Part shown: piece after piece, positions 40,016 through 49,094 of the stretch
Layout of the letters: the number at the start of each line of letters is the position of its first letter
Position numbering within the stretch: the stretch's first letter is position 1
Origin: a bacterium
GTDB lineage: Bacteria > UBA8248
Direction: 5' to 3'
NCBI GenBank assembly: GCA_965202625.1
Contig: CBDBBI010000010.1
Location: forward strand, 96,001 to 160,000
Length of the DNA: 64,000 bases
Made by a program: the position numbers and the translations under genes
Notes under the pieces: generated by a model
Told to the model about the DNA's origin: nothing
What the model saw: only the letters and a program-made list of their open reading frames with translations
The model's database searches: none

Positions 40016-40957
40016 GTGTTTTTGATCACGCATGAGCTGGATACGACCGTCGATACTTGCCATTGGGGTTTTTATGACGCGACCCTCGCCCCCGTCATGC
40101 GGATTGCCTCTGGTGATACGCTCGTTGTGAGAACCGAGTCAGGGCGGAAGGATTTTTTGGAAAAATATCCGGAACGGCTCTCTGGAAATCTGAAAAAAAT
40201 ACTGAATACCATGTCTCCAAGCCCTGGGCCGCACGTCATGACGGGTCCTGTGGCCATTGAGGGCGCCGCGCCCGGTGACGCACTGGAAGTGCGGATTCAT
40301 GACGTCAAGCCTCGGTATGATTGGGGCTACAATGGGTTCAGACCCTTGGGGGGTGGTCTGCCGGAGGATTTCCCCTATGAGAGAGCCGTGGTGGTGGAAA
40401 TCGATGAGGTGAAAGGCATGGGAGACTGGGGCGCGGGGGTCAGGGTACCGCTTGCGCCTTTTTTTGGAAATTTCGGAGTTGCGCCGTCTCCGACTCTTGG
40501 CCGTGTGCCCACGTTTCCGCCCGGAGAGTGGGGAGGGAATATGGATTGCAAGGAATTCACATCCGGCGCGACGGTTTATTTGCCCGTTTTCAATGAAGGC
40601 GCCCTGTTCTCCGTGGGAGACGGGCATGGTTGCCAGGGAGACGGCGAGGCGAACATCAACGGGATAGAGATGGGCCTCATCGGCGCTTTCGAGATGATCA
40701 TTCGCAAGGACATGCAAGTCGATACGCCGCGCGCTGAGACCGAATCCCACTATATTTTGATGGGGTTCGACCCCATTCTCGACAACGCGGCCAAGATGGC
40801 GCTGCGAGAGACGATAAAGTTTCTTGGCGATTGGCGAGGCATGGGCAGGGATGACGCTTATACCCTTTGCAGTCTCGCGGTGGACTTGCGGGTCACGCAA
40901 ATTGTCAACGGAGTCAAAGGGGTTCACGCCATGTTGCCCAAATCGTTGTTTTTGTAG
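40016..40957 (+). CDS. acetamidase/formamidase family protein
   Basis: HWGFYD, TGPVAIEGA.PGD, GGNMD, GDGH..QGDGE. Confidence 0.92.
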   Translation: MFLITHELDTTVDTCHWGFYDATLAPVMRIASGDTLVVRTESGRKDFLEKYPERLSGNLKKILNTMSPSPGPHVMTGPVAIEGAAPGDALEVRIHDVKPRYDWGYNGFRPLGGGLPEDFPYERAVVVEIDEVKGMGDWGAGVRVPLAPFFGNFGVAPSPTLGRVPTFPPGEWGGNMDCKEFTSGATVYLPVFNEGALFSVGDGHGCQGDGEANINGIEMGLIGAFEMIIRKDMQVDTPRAETESHYILMGFDPILDNAAKMALRETIKFLGDWRGMGRDDAYTLCSLAVDLRVTQIVNGVKGVHAMLPKSLFL

Positions 40958-40992
40958 GCGATATGCCTATATTGTCAAAGGAGGGACGAACG

Positions 40993-41355
40993 TTGAGCCA
41001 GGACGTTGGCCCGAAGCGGCCGGAATATGTTACCGGAACGCCCGAAGAATTGGATGCTGTGATCGCGGCTCCTGCCAATCACGAAATTATTTTTGAGAAC
41101 GATCGGGTTCGCGTCTTGCGGGTGAGTATTCGGCCTGACGAACTCGAAAATGCGCATACGCATAAATGGGAAAGCGTGTTCACGATCACGAGTTTTCCGG
41201 ACCTCACCTATTACAATGAGAAGGGAGAGCCTTGCGCTATCAGTGAAGATCGTAGGGAAGGCGTCCCTTTCTGGTTGGGTAGGGAGGGTTTGCACGCCGT
41301 CAAGAATCACGGAGACAAACCCCTTGAAGCGATTCGCATAGAAGTGAAAGACTAA
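40993..41355 (+). CDS. cupin-like protein
   Basis: FENDRVRV, HTH, HAVKN; TTG after AAGGAGG. Confidence 0.75.
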   Translation: MSQDVGPKRPEYVTGTPEELDAVIAAPANHEIIFENDRVRVLRVSIRPDELENAHTHKWESVFTITSFPDLTYYNEKGEPCAISEDRREGVPFWLGREGLHAVKNHGDKPLEAIRIEVKD

Positions 41356-41484
41356 AATCTGGTTTTTTGCGCTTTGTAGCCGTATGTTCGTTTTGCGAGC
41401 CGGTGCGTCATCTCTTGCTGAGCGAGAAAGTTGCTCTTGAGCGCGCTTCACCAAAATTTTCTTATACAAATCAAGGAGCAGGGA

Positions 41485-42603
41485 ATGCGAAGGGAGAATG
41501 GCCACAGAGTTCCCATTGGCCTCGCCGTCGTCGGCTGCGGGAAGATCGGTAGAATTCGGGCGGAATTCGCCCGCGACTATCCGGGTGTTGAGTGGCTGGG
41601 CCTTTGCGATATTGATGAGAAATTGGGGCGGAGACTCGCTGATGAGACGAACGCCGATTTTTTCACCAAGGACTATCGCGCGCTTTTGGCTCGTCCGGAG
41701 GTGAACGCCTCCATCATTGCCACGGAGGAGAACGAGCACGTAGGCCCCATACTGGCCTCCGTGGATGGGGGCCACGCCCTGTTCATTGAGAAGCCGCTGG
41801 CCACGAACGCGGTGGATTCCGCCCGGGTTCTCAAGGCCATTGAAGATGCAGGTCTGGATGCGGTGGTCGGCTACACCCAGCGTTTCCGACGGCGTTTTTT
41901 GGTTGCGAAGGAGAAGATTCGCACCGGCCAGCTGGGGGATGTCACCACGGTCGTCACGCGCGCTTTCATGAACCGCCTGGTCCCCATCGCCACGGTGGAG
42001 AAAACAGAGTATCGCGGCATTCTTACACCGATGGTCGTCTCGGGGACGCATAGCCTCGACATCTGCATGTGGTTCATGGAAGGGAAATTGCCAGTAGAAG
42101 TCTATGCGCGTTCAACAGACAAGACGCTTGGCGCGTCCTATGGGACCAAGGACGCTACCCTTGGCATCTTCACCTTTGAGGATGGCACCCTATGGAGCAT
42201 GAACATCTCATGGGCGTTGCCGACGGTTTGGCCTGGCTCAGTCTATAGCCTGGAAATTGGCATCGTGGGTACCGAGGGTGTTCTCACGATTGATGACACA
42301 CACCGGGATTTGGTTCTCGCCAGCGAAAACGCGCAGCCTGCGGGTTATACCCCCGACGTGAAGCGAAACGTGGATTTTCTGGCGAGCTATCCGCCTGGGG
42401 ACGTCGTTTTCGAGCAGCTCTGGGGCCCGATGCGGGAGGAGACCAACGCTTGGTTCGGACGTGTGCACACGGGCCTTGAAACGCCGCACGCCACCGTGCA
42501 GGACGGGCACCGAAATCTGTTGCTCACGATGGCGATGGACGTTTCGGCGCATCGTAGAGCACCTGTTTCGTTGCCCATGGACATCCATGCATATGGGGAA
42601 TGA
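41485..42603 (+). CDS. Gfo/Idh/MocA oxidoreductase
   Basis: VGCGKIG, IEKPLA, VGYTQRF, GTHSLD. Confidence 0.9.
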   Translation: MRRENGHRVPIGLAVVGCGKIGRIRAEFARDYPGVEWLGLCDIDEKLGRRLADETNADFFTKDYRALLARPEVNASIIATEENEHVGPILASVDGGHALFIEKPLATNAVDSARVLKAIEDAGLDAVVGYTQRFRRRFLVAKEKIRTGQLGDVTTVVTRAFMNRLVPIATVEKTEYRGILTPMVVSGTHSLDICMWFMEGKLPVEVYARSTDKTLGASYGTKDATLGIFTFEDGTLWSMNISWALPTVWPGSVYSLEIGIVGTEGVLTIDDTHRDLVLASENAQPAGYTPDVKRNVDFLASYPPGDVVFEQLWGPMREETNAWFGRVHTGLETPHATVQDGHRNLLLTMAMDVSAHRRAPVSLPMDIHAYGE

Positions 42604-42634
42604 CGAATTTTCGAGTGGGGAGAGAGGAGCACAA

Positions 42635-43033
42635 ATGCCGTTTTATGAGATCGAGGGAATGAAGGAGAGTTGGAGCAAAACGAACCCCAGAGTCACAGCC
42701 AAAAGCGTCGTGGGCGAGTTCATGAAGGTGGGTGTTGTCACCAAGCCGGAGGGCGAGGGACCCCCGCTCCACGTGCACCCGAACGAGGAGCAGTTCACTC
42801 TCATTCTGGATGGCAAGTTGCACTATATTCTCGGCGAGGAGGACAAGATCGTAGAGCGTGGGGACTTGATTCATATCCCCAGGCATACGAACCACAGAAG
42901 CCGATCCGTTGGCGGCGATGCCACTTTTTTCACCGTGAAGTTTCCGGCCGGAACAGGAGATCTGGATGCGGATTACAATATGGCGGAAGGAGCGGAGAAT
43001 GCAGAGAAAAAGTATCCAGGAAACCGGGGCTGA
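42635..43033 (+). CDS. cupin domain protein
   Basis: PLHVHPNEEQ...G......GD..HIP...NH. Confidence 0.9.
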   Translation: MPFYEIEGMKESWSKTNPRVTAKSVVGEFMKVGVVTKPEGEGPPLHVHPNEEQFTLILDGKLHYILGEEDKIVERGDLIHIPRHTNHRSRSVGGDATFFTVKFPAGTGDLDADYNMAEGAENAEKKYPGNRG

Positions 43034-43103
43034 GATGAGACTTCATGGTCGCCTTCGATGAGAGAGGTATTTTGAGGATTTCAGGGTGGGCGAGAGGTTT
43101 CAG

Positions 43104-43514
43104 ATGGAAGCGAAAACCTTGTCCACCGAAGAGATCGTCGCATTCGCCGAGTTATACGACCCGCAGCCTTTCCACGTCGATGAGAGGGCGGCGGCAGCAT
43201 CTCCCTATGGCGGACTTATTGCTAGCGGATTTCATACAGTGGCGATCTCGTTCCGTCTGTTCATTGATACGGGCGTCATTAAAACCACAGGGATGGGTTC
43301 GCCTGGAATGGACTCCATACGCTGGATGAAGCCCGTTCGCCCTGGAGACGCCTTGAGGGTAGAGGCGGAAGTGATGGAGGCGCGCGCTTCCCGTTCGCAG
43401 CCTGGGCGTGGAATCGTCCCCATGGAGTTCAGTACCTTCAACCAGAAAAACGAATTGGTGCTCACGATGCGCGCCGTGCACTTGGTGCGCAAAAAAGAGG
43501 TTGTCAGTGCGTAG
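43104..43514 (+). CDS. MaoC-family dehydratase
   Basis: YDPQPFHVD, GLIASGFHT, PVRPGD. Confidence 0.9.
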   Translation: MEAKTLSTEEIVAFAELYDPQPFHVDERAAAASPYGGLIASGFHTVAISFRLFIDTGVIKTTGMGSPGMDSIRWMKPVRPGDALRVEAEVMEARASRSQPGRGIVPMEFSTFNQKNELVLTMRAVHLVRKKEVVSA

Positions 43515-43525
43515 GCGGCGGAGTT

Positions 43526-44422
43526 TCACACGTTGGTGATGACGGCGAGCGTGCCGAAGAGGATGGCGGTTGCCCCCGCCACGACGCGCCAGTTCAGCCT
43601 CTCTTCAGAGCGGAGAAAAATCCACGATATCGCAATGGTGAACAAGGGCCTTGATTGGGAGATGGGGAAAGCGTAGACGACGGGCGCGTTCGACAGGGCG
43701 AGGTAGAGGAACGTGACCCCGAGGCTTGCGGACAGACCGGCTAGAACGAGAAACCCCCAGTGACCGAAGGTCCAAGTTTTGATTTCGCTTATCTTCCCTT
43801 TGCGAGAGAAGAAGGGCAAAAAGGGCAGGACGGCGAGAAGGTTGGAATAGAAGTTCGCCTCGTTGGCGGAGGTGAAATATCCTACCGCCGGACGCGCCAG
43901 CACCGCCGCCGCTCCGAGTGCCGCCGCGCAGCCGAGCGCCAACCCCATACCGATGAAGCGACCGCTTTGTCCCTTTTCACCCTGGTGGTTACAGTGGCTC
44001 CGGGAAATGAAAACGTACCCGCCAAACACCAGGGTGGTTCCCAGACCGATCGAGAACGTGAGTTTTTCTCCGAGCAGAGCAACGCCGAATAGGACGGCGA
44101 ATATTAAATTTGTCGCAACGGCGACGCTCGTGCGCGCGGCGCCGATGTGTTGGGTGGCGGCGAAGAGCATCGTGCGCGCGATCGTGACCCTGAAAATCCC
44201 CGAAACGGCGATAAATAGAAGGGGCCAGCCCAGTCCGGGCCAGGGATCTGCAAAATCTCCGCCCAGAAAGGAGACGGTACCGAGAATGGGGAGGCCAATG
44301 ATGGCAGTGAAGGCCGCGCCCATGATGGGGTCTATGCCCCGAACGGCGAGGCGTCCGAATATATCTCGTAGCGCGAGTAAAATGGCGGAGACAAGGGCGT
44401 ATATGGCGGCCGGATCAAACAC
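43526..44422 (-). CDS. DMT/EamA family transporter
   Basis: About 10 TMs in two repeats, LGEKL and EERL motifs. Confidence 0.85.
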   Translation of the reverse strand: MFDPAAIYALVSAILLALRDIFGRLAVRGIDPIMGAAFTAIIGLPILGTVSFLGGDFADPWPGLGWPLLFIAVSGIFRVTIARTMLFAATQHIGAARTSVAVATNLIFAVLFGVALLGEKLTFSIGLGTTLVFGGYVFISRSHCNHQGEKGQSGRFIGMGLALGCAAALGAAAVLARPAVGYFTSANEANFYSNLLAVLPFLPFFSRKGKISEIKTWTFGHWGFLVLAGLSASLGVTFLYLALSNAPVVYAFPISQSRPLFTIAISWIFLRSEERLNWRVVAGATAILFGTLAVITNV

Positions 44423-44858
44423 CCCTAAATTTCAGCGTCTCGATCACTTGCTGGACGCGTTCCTCAACAATCTCGATCATTTTCGGATGAAAGCCGAGAT
44501 GGGGGCCGAGAATGACGTCGATATCCGGGTATCTGCTCCGGCCTCGCTTGATGAATACGGGTAAATCCGCTTTTACGTGGTTGCCTTTGAACAGAAAATA
44601 AGGGATGACAATGATTCTCTCGGCTCCTTTTTCCACGCAAAGGTCGATGCCCTCGGGAATGGAGGGGTGGCTGATCTCCAAAAACGCTGCCTCTAGAATG
44701 CGATGCGGCCAGGCTTTTTGGAAATGCTCCACGACGAGGAGAAGCGCGTCGTTAGCGTTTTTCGCGCGACTGCCGTGACCAACGAGCAATACCGCCGTTT
44801 TCACCTTGTCCCGTGGCGTCGCGTCTAAAAATTCGAGTTGCCTTTCTAGGCTAGGCAT
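44415..44858 (-). CDS. sirohydrochlorin chelatase (CbiX/SirB)
   Basis: VGHGSR, AFLE, PYFLFKGNH. Confidence 0.92.
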   Translation of the reverse strand: MPSLERQLEFLDATPRDKVKTAVLLVGHGSRAKNANDALLLVVEHFQKAWPHRILEAAFLEISHPSIPEGIDLCVEKGAERIIVIPYFLFKGNHVKADLPVFIKRGRSRYPDIDVILGPHLGFHPKMIEIVEERVQQVIETLKFRGV

Positions 44859-46651
44859 TCGCCTTCTCCTCTCTCCAACACGTATTGTTTGTCCTGACTC
44901 CAGTCGATGAACAAATCAGAATCAGGGGTGTCGTTGAATTGCCCGGCAAGGTGGAACTCTCGCAATAGTTTCTCAAAGGAAGCGACACCCACGCGATCCA
45001 GAAAATCGTTGAAGCGCTCCCCCTCGCGCCTGTTTTCCTGGTAGTGAGACAACATTTTTTTGAGCGCGTCGGGAACGCGCTTTGCAGGAATGCGAACCTG
45101 AATGCGTTCGCCGATGCGGATTTCCCCATCGGTTCGTTCGTATTCGCCTCCCAGAAAAATTTCGTAGGCGGGGAGCATCATGCCGTTCGCCCTGAGCGTT
45201 CCGCCATGAAAACCGATATTGGCGATGTGATGCTGGCCGCAGGAATTCGGACAGCCGCTCATCTTGATGTGTATCTCCCGTGTGAGCGGGTCATGCTCGA
45301 TTTCGCGGAGCGTTTCTCGTATAGCACCCGCCAGACCCATGGAGGAGGTGATGCCAAGTTTGCAAGAATCCGTTCCTGGACAAGAAACCACGTCGGATAT
45401 CTCGCGGGCGCCTTCCTCACTCAGCCCAATGTGCTGGAGCTCTTTCCATAAGGAATAGAGCGCGCATTCGGGCACCCACCTGAGGACGAGGTTTTGCTCA
45501 AAACTCGCTCTTGCGCGTCCTCTTGCGAAACGTCGAGTGATATCCGCCAAGGCGAAAAATTGCTCCGTCAGAACGTTCCCTAGGGGCAGTTTGATTTCGA
45601 CGGCGAAGTAGCCTTCCTGCCTTTGGGCGGAGACGTTCGCGCTTCGCCAGGCGTCATAATCCGCTGCATCGCCGTTTGGGTTCGACTCTGCCCCATGAAG
45701 GGTTTTCAGGACGGACGGGGCGTCGGTGCTCTCGTCATCTTGCCAAAGATAGGGTTCGGGGTTGCAGGGTTCTTTCGCCCAGTCTTTCTCCAGCTCTTCC
45801 TCCACGCGCGCGCGCAGTCCGTCTATCCCGATCCAGTGCACCAAGAATTTGATGCGCGCCTTGAATCGGGATTTCCGCAGTTCGACGGCCTGGTCGAAAA
45901 CGCGGATGAGGGCCTCGCTCACCCTCAGGAAGTCAGAGACTGGAACGAACTCGTAAAGAGCCTCGGCGGTGCGCGCGAAAGTGGCGAGTCCACCGCCGAC
46001 GAGCATCTTGAATCCACGAACGGACGCTCCTTCCGCCTCCTTGATGACGGGGATGAAGCCGATATCGTGAATTCCACCCACCACGCAGTCCGAAGCGCAG
46101 CTGGAGAAAGCCACCTTGAATTTGCGCGGGAGGTCCTGTGTGAAATCTTTGCGCACGAAATAACGGGCGAATGCGCCCGCGTAAGGTGTGGCGTCGAAAG
46201 CCTGATCCTTGCAGACGCCAGCGTAGGGGCAGCCGGTGACGTTTCTCACGCAGTTGCCGCATGCTTCCCGCGTAGTGAGCCCCACTTCGCCGAGAAGCCG
46301 CAAGACGTCGGCGGCCTTGTCGAGTGGAACGAAGTGGAACTGTACGTTTTCCCGCGTCGTCACGTGGCCTTTTCCCAATGGCGCGTAATGGCGGGATACG
46401 CGCCCCAGGGCTTCGAGTTGAGAGGCACTTAGGCCGCCAAAGGGGATTTTTACGCGCACCATCTGCGCATCCGCTTGGCGCTGACCGTATACACCGCGCC
46501 TGAGCCGATAAGGGAGAAACGCACCGCCATCACGTTCGCCGTTTTGAAATTTGGCGACCTCGGTTTCAAAATCATCGAATTCTTCGGGAATCACCGGAAT
46601 GACGCCGACCTCTTGTTGAGATGCCAATTTTTTTGATCCATGGCGCATCAT
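44846..46651 (-). CDS. siroheme nitrite/sulfite reductase hemoprotein (ferredoxin-type)
   Basis: GVYGQRQ, TTRENVQ, LPRKFK, SCPGTDSC, SGCPNSC siroheme/4Fe-4S ligands. Confidence 0.93.
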   Translation of the reverse strand: MMRHGSKKLASQQEVGVIPVIPEEFDDFETEVAKFQNGERDGGAFLPYRLRRGVYGQRQADAQMVRVKIPFGGLSASQLEALGRVSRHYAPLGKGHVTTRENVQFHFVPLDKAADVLRLLGEVGLTTREACGNCVRNVTGCPYAGVCKDQAFDATPYAGAFARYFVRKDFTQDLPRKFKVAFSSCASDCVVGGIHDIGFIPVIKEAEGASVRGFKMLVGGGLATFARTAEALYEFVPVSDFLRVSEALIRVFDQAVELRKSRFKARIKFLVHWIGIDGLRARVEEELEKDWAKEPCNPEPYLWQDDESTDAPSVLKTLHGAESNPNGDAADYDAWRSANVSAQRQEGYFAVEIKLPLGNVLTEQFFALADITRRFARGRARASFEQNLVLRWVPECALYSLWKELQHIGLSEEGAREISDVVSCPGTDSCKLGITSSMGLAGAIRETLREIEHDPLTREIHIKMSGCPNSCGQHHIANIGFHGGTLRANGMMLPAYEIFLGGEYERTDGEIRIGERIQVRIPAKRVPDALKKMLSHYQENRREGERFNDFLDRVGVASFEKLLREFHLAGQFNDTPDSDLFIDWSQDKQYVLERGEGECLA

Positions 46652-46719
46652 ATGCTCCTTACGTGAACGTCTATTGATTTGTCAGATGATGAATCTGGAA
46701 CCGGGGCGAGGCCCGGAGT

Positions 46720-47529
46720 TTATGAAACGGCTTTGCTCAGGGGTTCTTGCGTCGAACAGCGCCAAGAGATTTCCTGGCTTTCATCGGCCTCGAACCAGAT
46801 GAGGTCTTCAATTCCGGCGACCGGACCCACGAGGAAGACGGCGGGCGAAGATACCTCTTCTCGTTGCGCGAGACTCCCTGCTTCTCCCAGTGTCGCGCGA
46901 TGGGTTGATTGTCCTCGCATGGTGCCATTTTCTATGATCGCAGTGGGCGTGTCCTTCGACATACCGTTTTCCATCAGAGCGGCTGATATGCGCCCGATGG
47001 CGCGCGCACCCATCAGAAAAACGAGTGTTCCGTTGCTCTTCGCAAGGTGCGCGTAATCTACCCGCGTTTCTGGCTTTCTCGGGTCTTCATGGGCGGTTAC
47101 GACGGTGAACGATGAGGCGAGGTCTCGGTGCGTTACGGGAATGCCAGCGTAGGCGGGAGCGGCTACGGCGGAACTGACGCCCGGTACGATTTCATAGCGA
47201 ACGCCGGCCCTGGCCAGGGTTTGTGCCTCCTCGCCCCCGCGGCCGAAAACGAAAGGGTCGCCGCCTTTCAGTCGCACCACCCGAAAGCCGCTTCGAGCGA
47301 AATGAAGGAGAGATTCGTTGATGGCGTCCTGGGTCATGGTATGGCGGCCAGCGGATTTTCCAGCGTCAATCAGCCGGCAACCTTCCGGACAAAGCCGAAG
47401 AATCTCAGTTTTTACGAGGCGGTCATGAATCACCACATCCGCGTTTGAAAGAGCCTTAGCCGCTTTGAGTGTGAGCAGGTCCGGGTCTCCGGGGCCTGCG
47501 CCTACGATCTGCACTGTTCCGTGGCACAT
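46720..47529 (-). CDS. cobA: uroporphyrinogen-III C-methyltransferase
   Basis: VGAGPGDPDLLT, RLKGGDPFVFGRGGEE, PGVSS. Confidence 0.95.
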   Translation of the reverse strand: MCHGTVQIVGAGPGDPDLLTLKAAKALSNADVVIHDRLVKTEILRLCPEGCRLIDAGKSAGRHTMTQDAINESLLHFARSGFRVVRLKGGDPFVFGRGGEEAQTLARAGVRYEIVPGVSSAVAAPAYAGIPVTHRDLASSFTVVTAHEDPRKPETRVDYAHLAKSNGTLVFLMGARAIGRISAALMENGMSKDTPTAIIENGTMRGQSTHRATLGEAGSLAQREEVSSPAVFLVGPVAGIEDLIWFEADESQEISWRCSTQEPLSKAVS

Positions 47530-47560
47530 GTTGAATTCCTGTGTAAAATTTATTTTTATT

Positions 47561-47579
47561 GTTAAGTATATTACTTAAC
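47561..47579. promoter_or_regulatory. 8-3-8 palindromic operator GTTAAGTA-TAT-TACTTAAC
   Basis: Perfect inverted repeat about 30 nt upstream of cobA in an AT-rich divergent promoter region. Confidence 0.6.
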
Positions 47580-47693
47580 TTTTTGTGAAAATATGTTAAT
47601 TTTCTTCTTTTGTCAACGAGCGCGCGCGTTTATTTTCAAAAGGGCTTTGTTGAGGGTGCCGTTGTTCGTATCACTTTTTGCGGAGGGGCGTAG

Positions 47694-48296
47694 GTGATGG
47701 AAGAGAGGTCTATGCGGCTTGAAAATGCTTTGCGTCTCATTGATGAGGCGAATGCGAAGGATCCGAACGCCGAGCGTTTCGAGGGCACATATTATCCTCA
47801 GGCGCTTCTGTATGCAATGCGAATGACAAAATGGCTTGAAGCACTGGAGCCTCAAGCCTCTGAGGTTTTGCGTTTGGCGGCGCGCAGCCAGCATATACGC
47901 AGGTGGGAAATTCCGCGTTCAGATTATCCGCTTGATCGCAGGGGGTATCATCAATGGCGAACCCACCTTTACGTCTATCATGGCGAGAAGGCGGCTGAAA
48001 TTCTAAAAGAAGTGGGTTATGGTGAAGAAACGATAGCCCGGGTGAGAATGTTGTTGAAAAAGCAAGGTCTGAAATCCGACACGGAGACCCAAATGCTTGA
48101 GGACGTCGCCTGCCTGGTGTTTTTGGAGAGCTATTTTTGGGATTTCTCCCGGCAGCACGATGAAGAGAAAATTATTGGAATTTTGCGTAAAACGTGGCGA
48201 AAAATGTCCGCGCGCGGGCGAGAGTTCGCCAGGGAGATTCCGTTGAGTGCCGGGGCGGAAGTGTTGCTGAGGAGAGCACTCACGCCTCCAACGTAG
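47694..48296 (+). CDS. DUF4202 family protein
   Basis: IDEAN..DPN, AARSQHIRRW..PR, LEDVACLVF, KTWRKMS. Confidence 0.85.
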   Translation: MMEERSMRLENALRLIDEANAKDPNAERFEGTYYPQALLYAMRMTKWLEALEPQASEVLRLAARSQHIRRWEIPRSDYPLDRRGYHQWRTHLYVYHGEKAAEILKEVGYGEETIARVRMLLKKQGLKSDTETQMLEDVACLVFLESYFWDFSRQHDEEKIIGILRKTWRKMSARGREFAREIPLSAGAEVLLRRALTPPT

Positions 48297-48417
48297 CGAA
48301 AGGCAACGATTCCTAACGGTTCCGGAAAAGATTTTGTCCCGCTTTCTCGTCCCTGTTTTTGTGGTGTATGATGATGACATTCTGTTTTTTTGACGGCTCA
48401 TTCTTAAGGAGATGATA

Positions 48418-49077
48418 ATGAACCTCACCATGTGGAACTGCTACGTTTGACCCTACGCCTACAGGGCCATGGAATGGCTCGTTCGCCTTCAGGAGAGAAG
48501 AAGCAATCTCAAGGTCGATTACAAGGCCTTCGTTCTTGAGCAGGCGAATTTTGCCCCCTCGCGGGGCGAGGATTGGAAGGCTTGGGAGGATCGCACCTTT
48601 CCGAGCAGGGATTTGCCCCCCCATGAGGCGGCCAAGTGCGCGGCCTTGCAGGGCGAGACGCAGTTTGACAAATACCACGTGGTGCTTCACAGGGCGAAGC
48701 ACCGGTATGGCAAGGACATCACGAGCGAGCTGGTTTTGCGCGACATCGCCTTGGAGGTAGGGCTTGACGTCGGTCGCTGGGAGGAGGACATGAAGAACGG
48801 TGCCACCATTCCCCTCATCGCGCAAGAGCACGAAGAGGCCGAGGAGCAGGGCGTCTTTGGCGTGCCTACGCTGGACTTCGGCGAGGGCAAGCCCGTCTTC
48901 GTGAAACTTGAGGAGGGAGATTGGGAAAAGGACGGCGACGAGGCTGGTCTGTTCGACGCCGTGAGAGCCACGTCGGCCCAGCGGCCCTATCTGCTTGAGC
49001 TGAAAACGCCCGAATCCGCCAAGCGCACCTCCGCCTCGGCGAAGAAGTATGAGAAATATGGCGTCAAGGCGAGATAG
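48418..49077 (+). CDS. DsbA-like protein, probable selenoprotein (C-Y-V-U-P-Y-A), 219 aa
   Basis: AAGGAG then MNLTMWNCYV-TGA(48448-48450)-PYAYRAM in frame with ORF 48469-49077; GVFGVPTL cis-Pro loop. Confidence 0.87.
48464..48480 (+). promoter_or_regulatory. putative SECIS hairpin
   Basis: GGGCCAU-GGA-AUGGCUC, +14 to +30 after the UGA. Confidence 0.7.
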
Positions 49078-49094
49078 GGGGTCCTCCCCACCCG

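Noticed and set aside
12134-49077. Alternative genetic code (UGA=Trp/Gly) as the explanation for the in-frame TGAs
   Set aside because: Many intact genes end in TGA at the expected family C-terminus (e.g. priA, queC, ilvD), Trp is encoded by TGG, and the four internal TGAs all map to catalytic Cys positions.
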